A stretch of 26,100 nucleotides of DNA. It comes from an uncultured bacterium. GTDB taxonomy: Bacteria > Patescibacteriota > JACMRA01. Positions 18,654-26,100 of this stretch are shown in pieces. How positions within the stretch are numbered: the first letter of the stretch is position 1; every line of letters starts with the position of its first letter. The position numbers and the translations under genes were made by a program. Under the pieces are notes generated by a model. That model saw nothing but the letters and a program-made list of their open reading frames with translations, searched no databases and was not told the origin of the DNA. The stretch spans positions 1 to 26,100 of the forward strand of contig CAWAQU010000013.1 in the NCBI GenBank assembly GCA_963784355.1. Direction: 5' to 3'.

Positions 18654-19769
18654 GTGAAACAAATTTTAGCTAACGAAACAGAATTTCAACCAAACCAACT
18701 AATTATAAAATTGAAGCAAGTTTTGGGTAAAATAGCTCAAGAAAAAGCCGGCTTTGAAAATCCTGAATATTACCCTTTTCATATGGGTGAGAACCCATTT
18801 AGACATACAGAAGATGTAATGGCCAGAGCAGCAAAATCAGTTAAGGCTTTCGTATCGGTGGGAGTTTTAAGCCCTAAACAAGCAAATTCTATAATTTTGG
18901 CAGCTGCATTTCATGATGTTATTCAGAAACACAGTGAAAGAGGTTTAAATGAATTGCAAAGTAGTGACTTGGCAATAAAATTTATTAAGGATAACAAATT
19001 GGAGTCAAATTTAGATACAGATTTGGTGGAAGCATTTATTCTTTCAACTCTGCCAAGTTTTAAGTCAGCTGAAATTAAACCAGAAGCTAAAACTACTGAA
19101 GAAAAAACTAAAATTTACAATGGTTCTAAGATATATATTGAAGCAAAAGAAATAAAAAATCTTAGCTCAGAAAAATATTCTAAATTGCAAAAGTTAATTA
19201 TAGAACTAATTGTATTTTTGTCAGATTTAGGTGGAGCTTCCTTGGTAGGTAACAGAAGATTTAATGTTTTACGTTTAAACAGTCTCTCTGCAGCCAAAAT
19301 ACCGGAATACTCAAAAAATGTTGAGGTGTATCAAAAAATTATAAAAACAGATGCAATTTTATATAGTAACCAATTATTTTTAGAAATGCTAATCAAACAA
19401 GCAAATTTAGCTAATGAAAATGCTATAGCAAAACTCAATACTATTAAAGGTAGAGAAGTTAGTCAGCCTCAAGTGCAGGAACTTATTAACAGCTTCATAA
19501 AATATCGAGAAGGAGAGGTAGTATTTCAACATTATATTTTAGAAAAATTTAATAACAAAATCACCCAGATATTAGAATTTCTTGAAAATACAAATACTAC
19601 CACAGACATAGAAATTAGGGCCTTATTTGAAAAATTACAGTCACAAGTTTATAAAAATGGTGTTCAGGACGCAATTGAAGTTTATCATAATTTAGTCAAC
19701 GACGAGGCTAAAGTTTTGGAATTATTAAAGCAAGTATACGAAAAATCAATTCCTACCAAAACAATGTAA
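18654..19769 (+). CDS. HD-superfamily metal-dependent phosphohydrolase
   Basis: FH...RHTEDV, LAAAFHDV, NELQS and SDLG motifs; true start uncertain (see findings). Confidence 0.7.
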   Translation: MKQILANETEFQPNQLIIKLKQVLGKIAQEKAGFENPEYYPFHMGENPFRHTEDVMARAAKSVKAFVSVGVLSPKQANSIILAAAFHDVIQKHSERGLNELQSSDLAIKFIKDNKLESNLDTDLVEAFILSTLPSFKSAEIKPEAKTTEEKTKIYNGSKIYIEAKEIKNLSSEKYSKLQKLIIELIVFLSDLGGASLVGNRRFNVLRLNSLSAAKIPEYSKNVEVYQKIIKTDAILYSNQLFLEMLIKQANLANENAIAKLNTIKGREVSQPQVQELINSFIKYREGEVVFQHYILEKFNNKITQILEFLENTNTTTDIEIRALFEKLQSQVYKNGVQDAIEVYHNLVNDEAKVLELLKQVYEKSIPTKTM

Positions 19770-19844
19770 AATTATTAAGAAGGGATCGTTTTTTATCGCG
19801 TACATTTTATTGACATTTTTCTATATTCCAGTTTGAATTTCTCC

Positions 19845-20126
19845 ATGAGTTCTGGCCAATCAGATGATTTAAATCACCTTAGAAGTAGAATAGATCAAGT
19901 CGATGCAAAATTAATTCAGGTTTTAAAAGAAAGATTTGAGTTAGTGGAAAAAATAGGCCAGTACAAAAAACAACATAATCTACCTGCATTAAATCAAACT
20001 AGATGGCTAGAAGTGCTTGCCAAACTTGAAGAAAGAGCAAAAGAAGAAGGACTAGATTACCAAACACTTGAAGAAATCTGGAATATAATTCACAAATACT
20101 CTATTAAAATTGAAGAGAAAATCTAA
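19845..20126 (+). CDS. Chorismate mutase, AroQ/type II, standalone
   Basis: LNHLRSRIDQVDAKLIQVLKERFELVEKIGQYKKQHNLP...R. Confidence 0.88.
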   Translation: MSSGQSDDLNHLRSRIDQVDAKLIQVLKERFELVEKIGQYKKQHNLPALNQTRWLEVLAKLEERAKEEGLDYQTLEEIWNIIHKYSIKIEEKI

Positions 20127-20128
20127 AT

Positions 20129-20461
20129 ATGTATAACCCATCCTATATTATTGCCGACCATATTAGAGCTGCTTGTTTTATAATTGCTGAGGGTGTACAT
20201 CCAAGTGGTAAACAGCGTGGCTACATTTTAAGAAGATTAATTCGTAGAAGCCTAGCGGCCAGTCTTAAATTGAACATAGACATCAGTAGTAACAAATACT
20301 TTGAGGAATTGGTAGATGCTACAATTGCTATATATGACGGGGTATACGATGAGGTCAAAGAAAACCGAGATACAATCATCTCAACTTTGATTACCGAAGC
20401 TCAAAAATATCAAAAAGCTATCGTAGTAGGCCAAAAAGAATGGGCCAAAATCTTAAAATAA
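20129..20461 (+). CDS. alaS: Alanyl-tRNA synthetase fragment: helical tRNA-recognition domain
   Basis: IIADHIRAACFIIAEGVHPSGKQRGYILRRLIRR...EAQKYQKAI..GQKE. Confidence 0.88.
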   Translation: MYNPSYIIADHIRAACFIIAEGVHPSGKQRGYILRRLIRRSLAASLKLNIDISSNKYFEELVDATIAIYDGVYDEVKENRDTIISTLITEAQKYQKAIVVGQKEWAKILK

Positions 20462-20505
20462 TTATTTTGATTGTTTTTTATAAGACTTAATTTTAACAAA
20501 AATTT

Positions 20506-21168
20506 ATGACAACACAAGAATTAACACCTCAATTTTTAGCACAAAAGACCTGGGATTTATATCAAACCCATGGTGTCCCTATTGAAGTTTCCGAAACTAT
20601 ATTAGAAGAAAAAGGTTATAAACTAGATTTAGATGAATTAAACAAATTGATTGAAGCACATCAAAAACTATCTCAAACTACTTCAAGCGGACAGTTCAAA
20701 TCCGGCCTTGGGGAAAATACAGAGAAAACCACAAGACTACATACTACAACTCACATTTTACATAAGGTTTTGAAAGATACTTTTGGACCAGAAGTCAGGC
20801 AAATGGGGTCAGCAATTACTAGTGAAAAAGCCCGCTTTGATTTTGTTTTAGAAGAGAAAATGGATGAAGAAAAAATCCGGGAAATTGAAAAAAGGGTGCA
20901 AGAAATTATTGATATGCATTTAAAAATGGATAAAAAAGAGATGCCCGAAAAAGAGGCACGTGATCTTGGAGCTATTGGGCTTTTTGGTGAAAAATATGGA
21001 GAAAGAGTTACTGTTTATACACTAGAAGATGACAATCACATCGTTTATTCTAGAGAATTTTGTGGAGGACCACATGTTTCAACTACTGACGAGATAGGTA
21101 AATTCAAGATTTTGAAGCAAAAATCAATTGGGCAAGGACTAAAAAGGCTCGAATATAACGTAGAGTAG
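20506..21168 (+). CDS. alaS: Alanyl-tRNA synthetase fragment: end of recognition domain plus editing (AlaX-like) domain
   Basis: DLYQTHGVP, HTTTH, ARFDF, LFGEKYG, EFCGGPHV. Confidence 0.9.
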   Translation: MTTQELTPQFLAQKTWDLYQTHGVPIEVSETILEEKGYKLDLDELNKLIEAHQKLSQTTSSGQFKSGLGENTEKTTRLHTTTHILHKVLKDTFGPEVRQMGSAITSEKARFDFVLEEKMDEEKIREIEKRVQEIIDMHLKMDKKEMPEKEARDLGAIGLFGEKYGERVTVYTLEDDNHIVYSREFCGGPHVSTTDEIGKFKILKQKSIGQGLKRLEYNVE

Positions 21169-21210
21169 TTGGTTTGAAAGATTTATTAGCCAAACTAAGG
21201 CATTTATGTA

Positions 21211-21239
21211 TTGCCTATATTGACTTTTTAAGCTATACT
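21211..21239 (+). promoter_or_regulatory. Putative sigma70 promoter
   Basis: TTGCCT-17 nt-TATACT upstream of 21269. Confidence 0.5.
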
Positions 21240-21268
21240 TGATATGTAGAATAGATGAATAATCAAAC

Positions 21269-22945
21269 ATGGACAATAACCCTTTAGCCGATTTAGCTGT
21301 GGATTTGAAAACTAGTATATGTTATTTTGGGACTACCAATAATAAGGGGGTTAGTAAGACCTTCGGAGTTTTATCTGAAGATCGTAGAAAACACCTGTAT
21401 ATATTGGGTAAAACCGGCATGGGTAAAACTACCCTACTCCAAAATATGGTACTCCAAGATATTTATAACGGTTTTGGGGTATGTTTTGTAGATCCCCATG
21501 GCGACCCATCCGAGTATATTTTAGATAGAATTCCAACTCACAGACAAAATGATGTAGTGTATTTTAACCCTGCAGATACAGATTTTCCCATCGGTTTAAA
21601 CATGTTTGAGGCAACTCACGGAGAAGAAAGATTTTTAATTGCTTCCGGTCTAATCGCAGTTTTCCACAGATTGTGGCAAGGCATGTGGTCAGCTAGAATG
21701 GAATATATTTTAAATAATACACTATTAGCTTTACTGGAAAATCCTGATAGTACACTTCTCAGCATTATACAAATGTTGACTGATATAGATTTTAGAAAAA
21801 AAGTGGTAGAAAATATTACAGACCCGTTAATTAAAAACTTTTGGACCAAAGAATTTTCCAATTTCAACGATCGATACAGGCAAGAAGCTATTAGTCCGAT
21901 TCTAAATAAAATAGGTCAATTTTTAGCTAATGATCTTACTAGAAATATTGTGGGTCAAAAGAAAAGTACTATAAATTTTAGAGAAATAATTGATAACCAA
22001 AAAATTCTGGTAGTAAATCTATCTAAAGGTAAATTAGGTGAAGACAACTCTAACTTGCTGGGCTGCCTAATAGTTACCAAACTTCAACTTGCAGCTTTGA
22101 GTAGAGCAGATGTACCTGAGAAAGATCGTAAGGATTTTTATTTATATGTAGATGAGTTTCAGAATTTCACGACTGATAGTTTTACTACAATTTTGAGTGA
22201 GGCTAGAAAATACAAACTAAATTTAATTCTAGCGCATCAATATATTTCTCAACTGACCGAAAGCGGCAATGATAAGATTAAAAGTGCTATTTTTGGTAAC
22301 GTAGGGACTATTATCTCGTTTAGGCTGGGTTCAGAAGATGCTGATTTTATGGCAAAAGAATTTGCTCCGATTTTTGAACCAAAAGATTTTTTAAGTCTAG
22401 AAAAAACTCAAATTGCCCTATCCTTATCAATTAAAGACAACAAGAGTAAGCCATTTTTAGCCAATACTTTAGCTCCGATTTTTGACAAATTAGCTGGGAG
22501 ATTTATTGTAAATGCAGGTGTATCTAGACAAAAGTATGGTATCCCAAAAAATCAGGTAGTCGATGAAATCAACAAAGTGATGAAAAATAAGGTTGAGGTA
22601 AATTCAAACTTAAAATCACAAGCAAACCCCTCAAACATAAAAATTAATAGAAACTCAGGAGGTGGAACTGAGAAACTAAAAAATTTAAGAAATTCACGGC
22701 CTAGCATTCAACTTAATAATCAAACAAATCAAGTACAACCAAAGTTACCTTTAGTGCCAAACACAAATTTAAGTCTACCTCAAAATGGTCAATACAGTGA
22801 TGGTAATTTAGCTGCCCTTAAAAGAGCAAAAGCACAAGTAGCGGCAACAAATAGTGTGAAAGGACCTAAATTGATTTTAGGAAAAACTCCCCCACCCGAT
22901 TTAAACCCGGATGATAATTTTTTTCACGTACCCGGCTCAAAGTAA
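21269..22945 (+). CDS. VirD4/TraG/TrwB-like (HerA-FtsK superfamily) ATPase
   Basis: Walker A GKTGMGKT, DPHGD, Walker B LYVDEFQNF, SEARKY..AHQ, IFGNVGT; low-complexity C-terminal tail. Confidence 0.88.
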   Translation: MDNNPLADLAVDLKTSICYFGTTNNKGVSKTFGVLSEDRRKHLYILGKTGMGKTTLLQNMVLQDIYNGFGVCFVDPHGDPSEYILDRIPTHRQNDVVYFNPADTDFPIGLNMFEATHGEERFLIASGLIAVFHRLWQGMWSARMEYILNNTLLALLENPDSTLLSIIQMLTDIDFRKKVVENITDPLIKNFWTKEFSNFNDRYRQEAISPILNKIGQFLANDLTRNIVGQKKSTINFREIIDNQKILVVNLSKGKLGEDNSNLLGCLIVTKLQLAALSRADVPEKDRKDFYLYVDEFQNFTTDSFTTILSEARKYKLNLILAHQYISQLTESGNDKIKSAIFGNVGTIISFRLGSEDADFMAKEFAPIFEPKDFLSLEKTQIALSLSIKDNKSKPFLANTLAPIFDKLAGRFIVNAGVSRQKYGIPKNQVVDEINKVMKNKVEVNSNLKSQANPSNIKINRNSGGGTEKLKNLRNSRPSIQLNNQTNQVQPKLPLVPNTNLSLPQNGQYSDGNLAALKRAKAQVAATNSVKGPKLILGKTPPPDLNPDDNFFHVPGSK

Positions 22946-22996
22946 TTTGAGAATTTAATTTAGTGATAGTAAATTTGGGAAGTGGCTTATACATGC

Positions 22997-23021
22997 AAAA
23001 ACCCACCTAATATAGGTGGGC
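22997..23021. terminator. Terminator between convergent genes
   Basis: AAAAA CCCACCTA-ata-TAGGTGGG. Confidence 0.75.
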
Positions 23022-23062
23022 TGAACTTAGTTATATTTGCTTTTATAGCTATAATTCTATAA

Positions 23063-26000
23063 TTAATTATTGACCATGGTTTTAGGTTTTCTATCTCTTA
23101 ATGCCATCACAATAATATAAATTGGAAAGAATGGGAAGAATAAAATCTTACTATACCATTTGAGTGCGGCAAATTGCTTGGATAACCACCTAAAGAAAAC
23201 AAATAGGATTGGTGTGGTTACAAGTGACAAGAACCCCGAAGTCAGCAAACCGAACATAATTACCAAAGCAATAGAGCGATAAAATACACTGAGGAAAGCT
23301 AGAGGAGCTAATGAGGCAATCGCGGTAAATTTAGTCATCATTACAGCTCTCAATCTTACACCTGAAGCGAAGCTGATAGCTCTTTTTTCATCCCATCCTT
23401 CAGCAATTTTCTGTTTTGCAGCGTCAATCAAAAATATAGCTACATTTTCCACAATACCAATTAAAATTATAATACCGATGATTTCCAAGAAACCGATTTG
23501 TCCGGCACCTAAATAGGCAAGTGCAGGGAACATTCCAAGGAAAGTAAGAGGAATGGTATATAAAATGACCAAAGGTTGCGTAAATGACTGGAAGAAAACC
23601 GCAAGTACAATATAGCTAACTACAATTGCAAGAAGTAAAGCAATTAGTAAATCCGTAAATGATTTTGCATTTGCAGCTGTATTACCTTCGCTATAAGCCT
23701 CTATGTTTTCTTTGTTTAATCCAATATCTTTAGCTCTGTCCCCTTCTTTATAATAATTCACTAGACTGCTACTTACTAAAGCTGCAGTGCCTTGGTCTGT
23801 ATGACCCCCTGCTAATCTAGCTTGAACCACACTTATAGTTTGGCCCTTAACTCTCTGTATTGTATTTTTAGGAGTTTTTTCATTAATTTGGGCAATATCA
23901 CCTAGCTTAATTGCTTGGCCGGTGGTATTAAAGATAGTGACGTTTTTAATACTTTCCAAAGTTTTAGGGTCTTCAAAGTTTTTATCCAAGATTACATCAA
24001 CACTGTCACCATTGTCAGTTAAGGTAATCACACTTTTATTGTCATTAATACCAAATAGTTGCTTTAGTTGTTGATTTACTAAAATGCTTAGTGGAGCATT
24101 AGGGACTACAAGCTGCGACTGAGCTAATTTTTCACGGTCGATTAAAACCTCAATAGTTTTATTTTGCTTGTTTGTGTATCCATCATCTACTTTAGTCACG
24201 ATTTTTTGCCCGTTGTCACATTTTTCGTCAATTACAACTTTTTTATCACTAGTTAGACAAGTATTTTTAAGAGTTTGACCTACAGCTAAAGATGCTGATT
24301 GAAGAGTATTTAAATTATCTGTTTTTATAGCAATTGATACTTGATAGTCAGTTTGCGGTGGCCCTGTTTGTTGTATATCAGCTTTTATATCAAAAAACTT
24401 AGGATTAGTTGAGTCTATACCGTATTTATTATTTATTTCACGGTTGATAGTTTCAGCAATTTTATTTGATTTGATCTCTCTTTGCGAAGTTGGTTTAAGC
24501 TGTATAAAATAAGTTAAGCCGTTACCACCACTTTGAGAAGGGAAGGGAAATACTTCTTTTACTTCATTTTGCTGATTAATAATATTAATTACATCTGACC
24601 TAACTTCTTCTCTACTATTTTTTGTAACTTCCGGTAAAAATGATCCACTTATTATAATAGTATCACCATTATCATTACTAGAAAACTGAACTGTTTTTAT
24701 CTTTCCCAAGTTGAAAAGCAAACCTGCCAAAGCAAACGGAATAATAATACCCAGTAAAATAATAAATACTCTCAATAATCTACTACCATTTAAAAGTCTC
24801 TCATTTAAGGCAATCAACCATTTAGCTACTCCCCATAAATTCTTCTCTTCATCTTCTGTTTTATTCTTGCTAGGTTTTAAAACTAGACCTCCGAGCCATG
24901 CTAAAAATACTAACGGAACAATGTATGAACCAATAATTGCAGGAATAATGGTTAAAGGAATATAAGAAAAAATTTGACCTATAATTCCCGAAATTACACC
25001 AAATGGTACAAATACAATTATATTTGTTAAAGTAGCTAAAAATAAACCGTTACCTACATCTTTTACAGCTGCAAGTACAGCATCATTTCCCTTTAAGCCT
25101 GTATCCAATTTTCTCTGGATAGATTCCAAAATTACTAAAGCTGGATCAACTACTAAACCAATTACCAAAACTAGAGAAAACAGCACTAGAGTGTTTAAAC
25201 TTTCACCTATAAAATACAAATAAATATTTGAAAATACTAAACTAAGTGGAATCGCGATTGCTGCAATGATAGCTGCTCTCCAAGAAACAAAGGCAAGCAT
25301 TACTAAAAATACAAGCTGGATTCCTCCAAGTAACCAACCTATGTTGGCTGCAGGTCCATTTACTCCTTTTATTTTACCACCAATTAAGCCACTAATTACT
25401 TCATTCACCTGTTCTTTATTTTGGTCATTTACAGAAAAATTTTCAATGATCAATACTTTGTCATCTTCTATATGGTCAGCCTCTTTACCAATTAAATACT
25501 TTGCATCTTCATAGCTATTGAATTTATCAGTGATTTTCTTTGTATATGCACTTAAGTCTGATCCTTTTGCAGCTTTAATAGTCAATACCACAGCAGGTAA
25601 CACTGTTTTTTTATCTTCATTTTTAAGCCCGATATTTGTCTGATCCCCTATAAAACTATACTTGGTTGTAAAAGTGGCAAAATCACTTAGTTTGGCCAAT
25701 TTAGGAGCTTGTGCAACTTGAGTTCCTTGTCCAGGAATTATTTGTCTTGTTCCTTGAGCTGCAGCAACTTGAGTAGGTGTAGGCAAAAATACAATATTTT
25801 TAACATCCTCCACATTATCACCTTTCACTGTGGTTACAATTGAGTAATTTTTGTTATCCAATGCTACATTGGCTGCGGCTGGGATTGATTCACCAAAAAG
25901 ACTTAACTGACTTTGGATTTGATCAACACTGACTCCGGATTCTCTCATTTTTTGAAGATCTAGAGTTACTACGAGTTGTTTTCTAAAATTTACAAAGGCT

Positions 26001-26100
26001 CGACACTAGCTGTCTCGGGTATTTGGGTCAAGTCTTTAGAGACTTTATTATACACGGAATAAACTTTTTCAAGGTCATTTCCGGCAATAGAAAAAATTAA
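23063..26100 (-). CDS. RND (AcrB/AcrD/AcrF family) efflux permease, 5' end outside the window, one frameshift near 25990
   Basis: AIPLS, LNTLVL, GLVVD, YTIPLT, RLRAVMMT, PLA; the upstream frame LIFSIAGNDLEKVY...VEP joins VNFRKQLVVTLDLQKM by a 1-nt shift. Confidence 0.9.

Noticed and set aside
25949-26000. Programmed frameshift or true start at 25948 for the RND gene
   Set aside because: Coding sequence continues upstream after a single-base shift near the window end with no clear slippery site, so an error is more likely
1-26100. CRISPR array, IS element or rRNA
   Set aside because: No regularly spaced repeats, transposase motifs or rRNA-like sequence were seen

Overview
The window joins two unrelated genomes at about 5390. 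Bases 1-~5390 are high-GC (roughly 60-65% by eye) and Rhizobiaceae-like: a GST fragment, ndk, two tandem paralogous secreted-protein genes, a lipoprotein, a CGNR zinc-finger gene and the 5' half of a LivH-like permease. Most of these genes carry frameshifts that look like read errors. Bases ~5391-26100 are low-GC (roughly 30% by eye), largely clean and CPR/Patescibacteria-like: polysaccharide deacetylase, general stress protein, trhO, GST/HxlR, aldose epimerase, gnd, an unusual greA-rplU-rplQ-rplM-rpsL operon, a GT-C glycosyltransferase, tRNA-Met, EEP hydrolase, glutaredoxin, HD protein, chorismate mutase, two separate alaS fragments, a VirD4/HerA-like ATPase and an RND transporter. The most notable signal is an alanyl-tRNA synthetase apparently split into at least three genes, with the catalytic domain absent from the window and altered G3:U70-recognition residues. 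Other signals are the patchwork ribosomal operon, an unannotated 40-aa ORF with its own consensus promoter and terminator, and an RND pump with repositioned proton-relay charges. Taxonomic calls are inferences from composition and gene content; no database searches were run.
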